From NCBI GenBank assembly GCA_963799775.1, contig CAWCYD010000003.1, positions 1,312,001-1,376,000 on the forward strand: a DNA stretch of 64,000 bases. Direction: 5' to 3'. This stretch comes from an uncultured archaeon (GTDB taxonomy: Archaea > Thermoproteota > Nitrososphaeria > Nitrososphaerales > Gagatemarchaeaceae). Within the stretch, counting starts at the first letter, position 1. The number at the start of each line of letters is the position of its first letter. The notes under the pieces were generated by a model that ran no database searches, was not told where the DNA came from, and saw nothing but the letters and a program-made list of their open reading frames with translations. The position numbers and the translations under genes were made by a program. This document shows, one piece after another, positions 22,876 through 32,483 of the stretch.

Positions 22876-23697
22876 ATGCTCGAGGGCAAGGCCTGCATGG
22901 TCACCGGGGCGAACTCGGGCATGGGCAAGGAGACGGCCATGGCGTTGGCGCAGATGAAAGCCAACGTGGTGATGGTCTGCAGGGACGAGGCCAAAGGCAA
23001 GGCCGCGAGGCGAGAGATCTCGAAGAAGACAGGTAACGACTCTGTGGACCTCCTGCTCTGCGATTTTTCAGCCCTCGAGAATGTCCGAGGGCTGGCCGCT
23101 GAAGCGCGGAGCCGCTACGGCAAGCTACATGTCCTGGTCAACAACGCCGGTCTGTTCACCTTCACGGGGAGGACGAAGGACGGGTTCGAGACGACGTTCG
23201 AGGTGAACTACCTGGCGCCCTTTCTCTTGACGAACCTGTTGCTTGAGCTCTTGAAGTCCAGCGCTCCGTCCCGAATCGTCAACGTCTCCTCCGTGGCGCA
23301 CTTCAGCGGGCACATCGACGTGCCTGCGATCGAGAAGAAGGACACGCCATCGGGATGGGCGGGCTACGGCACCTCCAAGCTGGCGCTCGTGATGTTCACG
23401 TACGAGCTGGCAAGGAGGCTACAGGGGACCGGGGTGACCGCCAACTGTCTGCACCCGGGAGGAGTCGCCATTGGCATATGGCGGATGCCGACCGCTCTCA
23501 CCAGGCCCTTCATGAAGAGCGCGAAGGAAGGCGCGCAGACCGCAATCTACCTGGCTTCGTCCCCAGACGTGGAGGGCGTGTCAGGCAAGTACTTCGAGAA
23601 CAAGGCGGCCAAGGACTCCTCGGACGAGTCCCATGACGAAGCAAAGGCACGGCTCCTGTGGGACGCGACATGGAGACTAGTTGGGCTTCCGGCCTGA
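22876..23697 (+). CDS. Short-chain dehydrogenase (retinol dehydrogenase-like)
   Basis: TGANSGMG, NNAG, YGTSK, HPG. Confidence 0.92.
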   Translation: MLEGKACMVTGANSGMGKETAMALAQMKANVVMVCRDEAKGKAARREISKKTGNDSVDLLLCDFSALENVRGLAAEARSRYGKLHVLVNNAGLFTFTGRTKDGFETTFEVNYLAPFLLTNLLLELLKSSAPSRIVNVSSVAHFSGHIDVPAIEKKDTPSGWAGYGTSKLALVMFTYELARRLQGTGVTANCLHPGGVAIGIWRMPTALTRPFMKSAKEGAQTAIYLASSPDVEGVSGKYFENKAAKDSSDESHDEAKARLLWDATWRLVGLPA

Positions 23698-23720
23698 CTG
23701 CCTATCGGGAACTCTGACGT

Positions 23721-24086
23721 CTATTTCTTTCCGCGAGCTGTGTTCAGGGAGTGATCTTCGGACCCGCCCGTGCTGATGTCAATCGACTTTTCTATCATGT
23801 GGACGAAAATCTTCCCGTCACCCACCTCGTTCGTGCTGGCGCTCTTGACAATCGCGTTCACCACCTTGTCCACGTCGGATGAGTCTACCACCACTTTCAC
23901 TATGACCCTGTGCACAACGTCGGTCGTCCAGGTCCACTTACCCCGGATGTAGGAATGCGTGATGACCTTGCCCCTTCCCCTGCCCTTGGCCTCGATCATC
24001 GTCACTCCGCTCACGCCGATGTCCTTCAGCGCTTTGTCGACGTCGGGGAACTTCTCGCTTCTGATTGTCGCCTCTACTTGCCTCAT
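23721..24086 (-). CDS. P-II family signal transduction protein
   Basis: GVSGVT..EAKGRG, VGDGKIFV. Confidence 0.9.
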   Translation of the reverse strand: MRQVEATIRSEKFPDVDKALKDIGVSGVTMIEAKGRGRGKVITHSYIRGKWTWTTDVVHRVIVKVVVDSSDVDKVVNAIVKSASTNEVGDGKIFVHMIEKSIDISTGGSEDHSLNTARGKK

Positions 24087-24206
24087 TCCTGCACTGGACA
24101 AGGTGTTAATTCGGCGTCCATTTCAGTGTAACTCTATTTAAGGATATTCGGAATTTCTCAAACATTTAGCAAGCTCGTGTCTAGATTCCTAGCCACATGT
24201 TTGGGC

Positions 24207-24570
24207 TTACTTTCTCTTGCGTGACTTGCGTTTGGGTTTCTTCTTTGCGGCGCGCTTCTTCTTCCTTGAAGCAGGTTTCTTCTTCTTTCGCCGTGTGCCT
24301 TTGCTGGCGGGTCTTGACCCCTGGCTAATCTTCTCGTCCTCTCTATCTTCTATCTTCTCCGTCTCTGCGTCCTCAGTCTCCTCCTCCGTCTCTTCCTCAA
24401 GTTCGCCGTCTTCAGGTTCGCCGGCCTCCACCACCTCCACATCGGGAACCGCCTCCGCCTCCCTCTCCTCGATGATTGACTCGGTTTCTTGCTCGTCGTT
24501 TGAGGCCGTTTCGACTTCGCCTGCTAGAGGGTAGGTTGAGGCCGAATTTATTGGTGCGCATCGTCAGGCA
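24207..24570 (-). CDS. Low-complexity protein: acidic body with Lys/Arg-rich tail (start uncertain)
   Basis: Open frame ...EEETEEETEDAETEKIEDRED...RRKKKKPASRKKKRAAKKKPKRKSRKRK. Confidence 0.55.
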
Positions 24571-24675
24571 GATCTAGGAGCAGTCTGGAGGAGCTGAGAG
24601 TCTCGTTCTCATCTTTTGAGAATCGGATGGTGGCCTTAACTAAGGCCAAGCAGAATCCAAATCAAGTGATAAAGT

Positions 24676-25485
24676 GTGAGCGTTAGCATGCAAGAAGCTA
24701 GGAAGACCCCGTTCGACCTCGGAGGCAAGAATGCAGTCGTGACCGGAGGTGCGATGGGGATAGGCTTTGGGATCTCGAAACGGCTCGCTGAAGCAGGGGC
24801 GAACGTGCTCATCGCGGACGTGAACGCAGCCGCCGCAGAGGCTGCCGCTCAGAGGCTAAGCGGGTTGCGCGGCAGAGGCGCCGCCATTCAAGCCGACGTC
24901 ACGGAAGACGGGATCGGCGACAGGATCGCGAACAAGTGCGTCGAACTCTTCGGCTCGATTGACATCCTCGTCAACGATGCAGGAATATACCCCACATCCC
25001 CGGTCCTTCAGATGACTCCGGAGTTCTTCGAGAGAGTTTACAAGATCAACCTGAAGGGACTTATCTTTATTTCTAAAGCCGCGGCGTCAAGGATGGTCGA
25101 GAGAGGAAAAGGGGGTAAGATCATAAACATCGCCTCGATTGACTCCTTCCACCCTTCGGCGGTTGGTTTGGCCGCCTACGATGCCACCAAGGGAGGCGTC
25201 CTGATGTTCACGAAGGCCCTTGCTCTCGAGCTTGCTCCTAGGGGCATCGCCGTGAACGCTATCGCCCCGGGAGGCATAGCCACCGAGGGGGCATCAAAGC
25301 CCCTGGTCGGGATGACTGAAGAGCAGACGGCCCAGATGATGAAGGCGTTCACTGCCAGGATCCCGTTTGGGAGGATAGGCGTCCCTGACGACATCGGGAA
25401 AGTCGCCGTCTTCCTCGCCTCGTCGGCCTCCGACTACATGACCGGGCAGACAATCGTCGTCGACGGCGGCATGCTTCTCAGCTAG
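24676..25485 (+). CDS. Short-chain dehydrogenase/reductase (FabG-like)
   Basis: TGGAMGIG, VNDAG, YDATK, MTGQTIVVDGG. Confidence 0.93.
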   Translation: MSVSMQEARKTPFDLGGKNAVVTGGAMGIGFGISKRLAEAGANVLIADVNAAAAEAAAQRLSGLRGRGAAIQADVTEDGIGDRIANKCVELFGSIDILVNDAGIYPTSPVLQMTPEFFERVYKINLKGLIFISKAAASRMVERGKGGKIINIASIDSFHPSAVGLAAYDATKGGVLMFTKALALELAPRGIAVNAIAPGGIATEGASKPLVGMTEEQTAQMMKAFTARIPFGRIGVPDDIGKVAVFLASSASDYMTGQTIVVDGGMLLS

Positions 25486-25529
25486 TCCCCTGTCGTCCGC
25501 CCTGCCGAAGGCCAAGGCTCGTCGAAGGC

Positions 25530-25970
25530 TCAGCGGATCTTGACCTTGTTCCCCCTCTTTGCGATGGGGAACTTCACCCTCAGCAGTCCGTTCCGGAACG
25601 TCGCCTTCGCTTTCTCGGGTTGCACGATGGTCGGAAGGTTGATGCGGACGTTGTAGCGCTCGAATACGACGCTCTTCTGGACGCTTCCCCCGACCATCAG
25701 GTTGACAGGCTTCCTCGTCTTGGCGTCGAGTTCGACAGAGTTCTCCGTGGAGGTCAGCGCGATGTCTTTCTTCTCCACATAGGGAAGGTCGAAGGTCACG
25801 GTGACCGCCCCTCCTGTCGTGTCTATTCTGTAGAGGGGCCTCAGGCTCTTTGAGCCCAAATTGAAGAGAGGCCTCGCCTCCCCGAAGAAGTAGTCGAAGA
25901 GCGATTGGAGCGCCGCGGGGCCCGGGAGCGCGAGGTCACCGAGGGATTCAGGCTCATCGTCGTCGCTCAT
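25530..25970 (-). CDS. Hsp20/alpha-crystallin family protein
   Basis: DLPYVEKKDI, AKATFRNGLLRV; own ATG at 25970 preceded by GGAGGAGG. Confidence 0.85.
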   Translation of the reverse strand: MSDDDEPESLGDLALPGPAALQSLFDYFFGEARPLFNLGSKSLRPLYRIDTTGGAVTVTFDLPYVEKKDIALTSTENSVELDAKTRKPVNLMVGGSVQKSVVFERYNVRINLPTIVQPEKAKATFRNGLLRVKFPIAKRGNKVKIR

Positions 25971-25984
25971 GCTCTTCCCTCCTC

Positions 25985-26729
25985 CTAACGATACACCGTG
26001 GGCGTCGTCTGAGCCCCCTGTTGCTGGATGGCCTGTTGTGTCTGGCTCATCAGTTGCCTCATGTTGAGTCTTATCTCCTCGGCCCCTGTCAACAACGGCT
26101 TCACGTCGAGTGTTATCGAGAGGAGCTTGCTCAAGACCTGGAGAGCGGCAGCGGCCGCGCCTGGGTCCGGGAACTCCGCGTAGGACTCCGCCAGGAGCGT
26201 GAGATTGGGGAGGCGTCCGCTGATGCACTGTTTCAGCAGCGTGGCGTGGGTGCTCGTGACGACGCCGTGCTCGTATGGCTTCGCGCCTATCGTCTTCAGC
26301 GACCTTCGAAGGTCCCTCGTCGTTTGTCACCGCCAAGACGGCGGGTGCCCCGTCCCCGCCTGACTCCACTCTCTGCTCAGACGGGAGTCCGGTTATCCCG
26401 ACGACCATCTTTCCCCGCTTCGCCTTGCTCCAAGATACGACCTCTGACGCGAGCTCGTACGAGAGCCTCGGAAAGAGGGGGATGTCGGAGAGGACGACTG
26501 CCAGCGAGCCCTTGCCGAAGATCCGTATGGGCTGCTTTGGCTCGGAGTTTTGGACCACCATGACCTGCGGAAGGATGTCCGAGTCCACCTGTGCCACCTC
26601 TGGCAGTTGGAGGTGCTCGACTAGGTAGGAGGCGCCTATCGTGCCGACAAGGCCCATCTCAGGTACGCCCACAACGACGCTCGGCTTCGACAGTTTTTCG
26701 GTTCCTTGAAGGTCCTTGATCCGAAGCAG
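25985..26729 (-). CDS. Proteasome assembly chaperone PAC2 family, frameshift near 26290 (start approximate)
   Basis: VVVGVPEMGLVGTIGASYLVEHL N-terminus; downstream frame contains the FPDP..A motif and ends PTVYR. Confidence 0.8.
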
Positions 26730-26958
26730 AGAGCCAGGTCGGGTCAAAGCCCCGTCCCCCAGCCGGAGGTCCTTTTGCTCATACGGACCCAAACGGAACG
26801 ACGCGAGCCGCAAATCCTGCCCATCGCCGGAACTCCCATGGGACGCCAAAGAGACGCTCTTCGAGCCGTGATCAGAGGTCTTGCCTGCTTTAAGCGCTTG
26901 GGAGACTCGTAGCCGAGGGTTCTGTGGTCGTCTCGACTTGTGGCCACCGGGTTTCTTG

Positions 26959-27904
26959 TCATCGATCGGGGAGGATGTCGCGAGAGATCATCGTCCCTAC
27001 AACCCAGTTGGGCTGGTCGACCACCTCGTGAACCCTGACATCAGCGGCGACGCTGCACAGCACGTAGGCGTCTTCCCTGGTAAGCTCGAAGGTCCGCGTA
27101 AGATAGTCGAGCATGTTTCGCACCGACTCTTTCGTGGCTAGCATCAGGTCGGACGCGATGCCGGTCGCCACGTAGTACCCCTTCGGCGGCCTCGGGTCTC
27201 CCTTGGTGTGGTATTGCGGCCAGCGGAGCCTCGACCCGCGCTCTATGGAGAACCTCAGCGTCGCCTCGCCCGCGCACTCTATCGCGCAGACGCAGACCTC
27301 GCCGTCTCCCATCGCGGCGTGGACGTCTCCGACGGAGAACAGAGCTCCGTCCACCCAGACCGGGATCTTGATCTTGCTCCCTGTGGTCAGGTGCCGGATG
27401 TCCATGTTCCCTCCGTGCTTCCCGGGCGGCATCACGTCGAACTCTCCCCTCTCAGGAGGGACGACTCCGAGGACCCCGCAGAAGGGCCGGATGGGGATTC
27501 TGATCCCCTTCTCGAACTTTGCGAACTTCTTGTCTCTGAGGGTCCCACTTGTAGAGATACGGCTTCTTGAACTCCTCGAGGAGCCCGAATCCGGGGATGA
27601 TCGCTGACCAGCCAAAGTCGGCTACCTTGACACTCAAGGTCTCTACCACTAGAGCGTCTCCGGGCCTCGCTCCCTCGACGAGGATAGGTCCGGCCAGAGG
27701 ATAGAATTTGGAGACGTCGATTCGAGCAAGATCCTCGGACTTTGAGTTCTTGTCTAGCTGCCAGGTAGCTACGTCGTTGATCTTGAAGGTAACAGCGTCT
27801 CCTTCTCTGATGGACAGCGCGGGTTTGTGCGACCTGCTCCATTTATAGTGAAATCTATCGAGCCCTATCTTGTGGTGCAACTCAGGTCTCAGGCCCTTTG
27901 GCAC
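26959..27904 (-). CDS. Acetamidase/formamidase family protein, frameshift near 27545
   Basis: PLAGPILVEGARPGD, PGKHGGNMD, GDVHAAMGDGEVC, AYVLCSVA. Confidence 0.9.
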
Positions 27905-27994
27905 CGCAGTCTAGTAATTCTTTCCGCGGAACCTCACCCATCGGACTTGGCTCTCCGCTCCAGGTTAATCTAGCTCCTCTGACTCACCGCGACC

Positions 27995-28945
27995 GTGCCG
28001 CGTTCGAGGATCTACTTCGTCACCGACGTGCACGGCTCCAACAAGTGCTTCAGGAAGTTCCTGAACGCGGCGGCGTTCTACAAGGCGGACGTCCTGATCC
28101 TGGGGGGAGACATAACGGGCAAGATGATGACGCCGATAGTGGAGGACGACGGGAAGTTCCGTTGCACCTACCAGGGGGCGGAGACCGTGATGAACAGCAC
28201 GGAGGAGGTGCACGAGTTCAGGAGAAAGGCGGCGGACAGCGGGGAGTACACGCACGTAGTCAGCCCGCCAGAGCTCGAAGAACTCAACGCCGACCCGGAG
28301 AGAGTCAGCAAGCTCTTCGCCAAGCTCATGGTGGAGAGGGTGCAGGAGTGGGTCGCCCTCGCGAAGGAGCGGCTCGGGAGGACCAACGTGAAGTGCTACA
28401 TCTCACCTGGCAACGACGACCTCTTCGAGATCGACCCGGTCCTGGGCTCGTCTGAGTACGTGATCAACCCCGAGGAACGGGTCCTGGAGATAGACGGAAG
28501 GCACGAGATGATTACATTGGGGACCACCAACCACACGCCCTGGCACAGCCCTAGAGAGGAGGACGAGGACGTCCTCGCCAAAAAGATCTCAGCGATGGCC
28601 GACAAGGTGAAGAACATCAAGGAGGCGATTTTCAACATACACGTCCCGCCCATCGACACCCCCATCGACCAGGCGCCTCGAATCGACGAGAACCTCAAGC
28701 TGGTCGTGAAAGCGGGGAACGTTGAGATGGTGTCGGCTGGGAGCTCGGCGTGCCGCCAGGCCATCATGAAGTACCAGCCGATGCTGGGCCTCCATGGGCA
28801 CATACACGAGTCCCGAGGGACCGTGATGCTTGGGAGGACATTGTGCGCGAACCCGGGGAGCGAGTACACCGATGGCATCCTGCGTGGCTTCCTGTGCGAA
28901 CTCGACAGCGAGAAGGTGAAGTCCTACATCCTGACCTCGGGCTGA
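27995..28945 (+). CDS. Metallophosphoesterase (calcineurin-like)
   Basis: TDVHGS, GGDITGK, PGNDD, HVPP, GLHGHIHES, NPGSEY. Confidence 0.9.
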   Translation: MPRSRIYFVTDVHGSNKCFRKFLNAAAFYKADVLILGGDITGKMMTPIVEDDGKFRCTYQGAETVMNSTEEVHEFRRKAADSGEYTHVVSPPELEELNADPERVSKLFAKLMVERVQEWVALAKERLGRTNVKCYISPGNDDLFEIDPVLGSSEYVINPEERVLEIDGRHEMITLGTTNHTPWHSPREEDEDVLAKKISAMADKVKNIKEAIFNIHVPPIDTPIDQAPRIDENLKLVVKAGNVEMVSAGSSACRQAIMKYQPMLGLHGHIHESRGTVMLGRTLCANPGSEYTDGILRGFLCELDSEKVKSYILTSG

Positions 28946-28948
28946 GGT

Positions 28949-29716
28949 CTATTCGCTTGCGACGACAGAGTCGTCGGGTTCTGGGAGCTCATACCACCGC
29001 TTCTTCTCTCCGACACGCGCCCTCATCTTCCAAGCGAAGCTCTTGGGTTCCTCCTCGATGACCTCGAGGAGCCTCCCCGACCTCGACTTCACTGTGCTCA
29101 CGTCCGCGGACGCGAGACCGAGGACATCGACGGCGTTCGCGAGCATCGATAGGTTGACCGTGAAAGTCTTGTAAATCCCCCAGTCGTTGGCGCACAGCTT
29201 GGCGATGTGGGCGCCGTTTATCGTCTCCCCATCTGTCAACCCAACATCGTGGTCAAGGAGTAAGGCTGCCATGTCCTTGAAGTCCTTGTCATTGATTTCG
29301 ACGATCTGGAGCTTTGTGGCGAGCAGGTCGGCAAGAGGCAGTGTCATGGGTTCAAGCTCAACCCTCTGGGAAAAGTCGAACTTGTGGCACATCTCGAAGA
29401 CATCGAGGAATACGTCGACGCGCCGAGTGTTGACCAGGTCGTTGAAGATCAGCCTCTTGCCTCCCATCATCGCGTTGAACCTATGGCGCGGCTCGTAGCC
29501 CATCTGGACGAAGAACTCGTTGATTGCCCTGGACTGTGTTTCATGAGCTACAAAGTCGATGTCGACGTAGTCCCGCTGAAGGAGTCTGTTTTCGGCGACG
29601 GAGGGGCACCTCAGCGCCACCGCGACCCCGCCGATGAGCCTCAGCACTACTTGCTTCTCTGAGGAGGCCTGGACAAGTCTCTTGGCTTCGGCCAGCACTC
29701 CGGGCAGCGCGCTCAA
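28949..29716 (-). CDS. Uncharacterised nucleotidyltransferase-fold protein
   Basis: IGGVAV...DYVDIDFV (GG plus DxD), second acidic strand VDVFLD, DLLATKLQ...KDFKD. Confidence 0.65.
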   Translation of the reverse strand: MSALPGVLAEAKRLVQASSEKQVVLRLIGGVAVALRCPSVAENRLLQRDYVDIDFVAHETQSRAINEFFVQMGYEPRHRFNAMMGGKRLIFNDLVNTRRVDVFLDVFEMCHKFDFSQRVELEPMTLPLADLLATKLQIVEINDKDFKDMAALLLDHDVGLTDGETINGAHIAKLCANDWGIYKTFTVNLSMLANAVDVLGLASADVSTVKSRSGRLLEVIEEEPKSFAWKMRARVGEKKRWYELPEPDDSVVASE

Positions 29717-29793
29717 TCCATCGGGACGCTGTCCTGCTTCTTCTTTAGCCCTTCCCGCGAAGATTAAGAGAGACTGCTCCTCATTCTGTGGCG

Positions 29794-30039
29794 ATGACGT
29801 TCAAGGCGTACTTGGACAACATCCAAGCAAAGACAGGCAAGTCGCCCGAGGAGTTCCTCGCGCTTGCGAAGAAGAAGGGATTCATCGAGAAGGGCAAGAT
29901 AGTCGCCAAGCACGCCGAGCTCCTCTCATGGCTGAAGACCGAGATGAAGCTGGGCCACGGGCATGCGAATGCAATGATCCTCTACTTCCGCATCCAGACG
30001 AAAGACCCCAGGCTGAAGGATATGAAGCTGCCAAAGTGA
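29794..30039 (+). CDS. DUF4287-like small protein
   Basis: YLDNIQAKTGKS...WLK.EMKLGHGHANA. Confidence 0.75.
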   Translation: MTFKAYLDNIQAKTGKSPEEFLALAKKKGFIEKGKIVAKHAELLSWLKTEMKLGHGHANAMILYFRIQTKDPRLKDMKLPK

Positions 30040-30046
30040 AGGATTC

Positions 30047-30064
30047 AAGTGGGCCGGAAGGGAT
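30047..30064. repeat. Distal att site (copy of the tRNA-Ile 3' end)
   Basis: Exact match to 37004..37021. Confidence 0.88.
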
Positions 30065-30105
30065 GCAATTAATTATTTAAGAGAATCCTCAGGCTTGCCG
30101 TGTTG

Positions 30106-30924
30106 CTAGCAGGGAGCGCTAACATCAGGAGAATGGTAGCAAATTGGTACGACACTGCCAAACGTGCCGAAATGGTCGACCATGTTGCTTCCCTCGGCAG
30201 TGAGAGTGCTTGTCGTCCCCGAATAGTATCCCACATTCTGATTGAATAGCTCTCCAGTCACCTGGGTATGCTTGAAAGTTGAGTTAGACCCTCCTCCCCA
30301 ACCAACTCCAACACTCTCAGAGAGCGTGTACTTGTTTCCGGTGAAGTAAGTTGCTCCAGGTGTCTCATAGTATGATTTCGAGGAACTGCACGTTGAGAGG
30401 TTCAGTACGAAGTACTGGAAGGTATACCCTGACTCGGTGAACTGTGTATTGCACGAAGTCACACCCCAGCCAATTGAACTAGAACCCGCATTAATCGCCA
30501 ACACAAACACATTGTTTGTGTTATTGAAGTACGAGTTGCTCCATGTAGGTGAGTAAGTTGTTCCTACCCCATAGTAGTTGCAAGATGTGTTGTTGCAACC
30601 AATAAAGTCATTCCAATAGACCGTATGGTAATCAGAGTACATGATTGCCTGATTGAAGTCTCCTTGAGTTGTTGGGGAGGTATTCGTATTGAGTTGATAA
30701 GTAAAACATTGAGACAGGGTTGTATTTCCACAGTTGTTCCCACTGTCTGTGATGTAACCGGTCTCATCAAAGTAGAACCACGTGACTACTCCGTACATGC
30801 TTATGGACGTTGATATGGCGCTGTGGTAATTGTAAGCGTAGACTGCCGGGAGAGAGGTGAAAGAAGTGACGACAAGCAATGCGGCGATTCTTATCGACAG
30901 CCGATTCGGGGAGTGTATTTTCAC
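30106..30924 (-). CDS. Secreted Ser/Thr/Tyr/Asn-rich, Cys-containing hypothetical protein (low GC)
   Basis: Signal-peptide-like N-terminus ending AVYA; several Cys; AT-richer than the flanks. Confidence 0.7.
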   Translation of the reverse strand: MKIHSPNRLSIRIAALLVVTSFTSLPAVYAYNYHSAISTSISMYGVVTWFYFDETGYITDSGNNCGNTTLSQCFTYQLNTNTSPTTQGDFNQAIMYSDYHTVYWNDFIGCNNTSCNYYGVGTTYSPTWSNSYFNNTNNVFVLAINAGSSSIGWGVTSCNTQFTESGYTFQYFVLNLSTCSSSKSYYETPGATYFTGNKYTLSESVGVGWGGGSNSTFKHTQVTGELFNQNVGYYSGTTSTLTAEGSNMVDHFGTFGSVVPICYHSPDVSAPC

Positions 30925-30925
30925 T

Positions 30926-31693
30926 TTATGCAGACCTCGGTATTGTCAAGTTTATCACAGATGCACCGATTACACCAACATAAGCAGCGTGATATGGAAA
31001 AAGCGGACCAAGCGGATGAACAAGACCGGCATTGGGAAAATCAGACGCCTGAATTCCTGATGCTGTGTATCCAACCGAAATTAGTAGGCCGGGAGCAGGA
31101 CCGAAGTCGCTGTAGAAACCTGTAGAATTGCTCAAAGGCGTTATAATGTATAGAACAGTGAACGAGGTTAACCCGAGAGTGGGATCGATAGAGTTTGGCT
31201 GAAGGATTGCATTAAACGAACCGGAATATGACTTCGCGCTGTAGGCCGTGACTGACGTTCCTGGAGTACTGGAAATACTGGTTGTGCTGTTAACCGTCCC
31301 CGAATTCGTGGGGAACTCAGTTCCGATCCTAGTGGTCACCGGAACATCGTTGAGCACTTGAAAAGGAATGGCCAACTTCCCGTCACTGAAGTAATTTGTC
31401 TTGAAGTTTGCGAAGTTTGCGGAGCTGTTCCAGTTTGTCTGATAAGTCACGCAGACTTCTACGGTGTGGCCAGGCTGCAACAGTAAAACCTGCTTGTTCG
31501 GTGGAGGCGAGGTGAAGACGTAATCTGTAACAGGGCTCGCAGAAGCACAAGCAGGAGGCGATGATTCAGCAGATACACCAGCCTGATTCATAGTCGATTG
31601 GGCAGAGAAATAGTATGAAGAAATGCCGGCCGCGGCGAGAACCAGAATGATGGGAATTAGCGTGATTCTGTTTATTCCGGTTCTGGACGCCAT
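30926..31693 (-). CDS. Membrane-anchored surface hypothetical protein (low GC)
   Basis: One N-terminal TM helix, S/T-rich segments; 1 bp from the downstream gene. Confidence 0.7.
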   Translation of the reverse strand: MASRTGINRITLIPIILVLAAAGISSYYFSAQSTMNQAGVSAESSPPACASASPVTDYVFTSPPPNKQVLLLQPGHTVEVCVTYQTNWNSSANFANFKTNYFSDGKLAIPFQVLNDVPVTTRIGTEFPTNSGTVNSTTSISSTPGTSVTAYSAKSYSGSFNAILQPNSIDPTLGLTSFTVLYIITPLSNSTGFYSDFGPAPGLLISVGYTASGIQASDFPNAGLVHPLGPLFPYHAAYVGVIGASVINLTIPRSA

Positions 31694-31882
31694 TGTAGCG
31701 AGACTTAAAGCATCAGCCGCTTATTAAACGTTGCCGGAATCGTAATCTGAATGATACATTTCCGCTTCTTTGGACTGTAATGGCTTGCACTCCGTATACC
31801 TCACTTTGGGGTATGCCTGAAGAATAGCTTCTTTTCGTCAAATAGACTGATTCTCTCCTCTTTTCTCCCCCTCACCTCGCTA

Positions 31883-32105
31883 GCCCATAGCAGCCGACAC
31901 CCCCGAGCGAGCAACGCGAGCGAGGGCCCCGCTTCAAGGCGGGGTGAAGGCGAAGGGCGAGCGGAGGAGCAAAGAGGGGGGAGGGAGCGAACGAAAGTGA
32001 GCGGAAGGCCGTGAGGAGCGAAGCGACGGACACGGCGAGCGAAGCGAGGGGGTGAATTTGCTCCGCAGCGAAGTCCGAGCCTGAAGGATGTCGGCTGCTA
32101 TGGGC
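31883..32105. repeat. Folded, purine-skewed segment bounded by a 17-bp perfect inverted repeat (origin-like)
   Basis: GCCCATAGCAGCCGACA 31883..31899 and TGTCGGCTGCTATGGGC 32089..32105; internal stems and two GCGAAGC motifs. Confidence 0.7.
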
Positions 32106-32108
32106 GAG

Positions 32109-32483
32109 CTATGTACGGCTGTCGATAAGGAACTCGCGCAGAGTCTTGACGGTCACTTGACCGTTCACGAGCTTCTTGCGATACTCTTCGGCCACCGCCG
32201 TATTGGGGACAAGGACGACGAATGGCTTGGTGGCGAACTTTGTGATCCGCTCCTGAAGGTCATCGACCCTTCGCTTGAGCCCCGTCTCGATTTCGATGTA
32301 CGCCCCGCTAGTCTCGATATCAGGGAGGGCCTCGCCTGAGGAAGCAACGTGCACGACGCCCTTGCATCCCTCGACCGCCTGACCCAGCATCCACTTGTGG
32401 AGCGGGCCCTCGTTCTCGTTGGTGCCCTTGGCAAAATACAGGGAGACGGTCTCTCCCGACTCCACATCGTCGAACCGCTGCAC
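32109..32483 (-). CDS. PD-(D/E)xK-like domain, in frame with the upstream ATPase
   Basis: PLHKWM...LPDIE...YIEIETG; begins directly after the ATPase TAG in the same frame. Confidence 0.6.
   Translation of the reverse strand: MQRFDDVESGETVSLYFAKGTNENEGPLHKWMLGQAVEGCKGVVHVASSGEALPDIETSGAYIEIETGLKRRVDDLQERITKFATKPFVVLVPNTAVAEEYRKKLVNGQVTVKTLREFLIDSRT

Noticed and set aside
25530-26849. 439-aa PAC2-Hsp20 fusion in the ORF track
   Set aside because: Artefact of a frameshift near 26290; PAC2 ends at 25985 in another frame and Hsp20 has its own SD and ATG.
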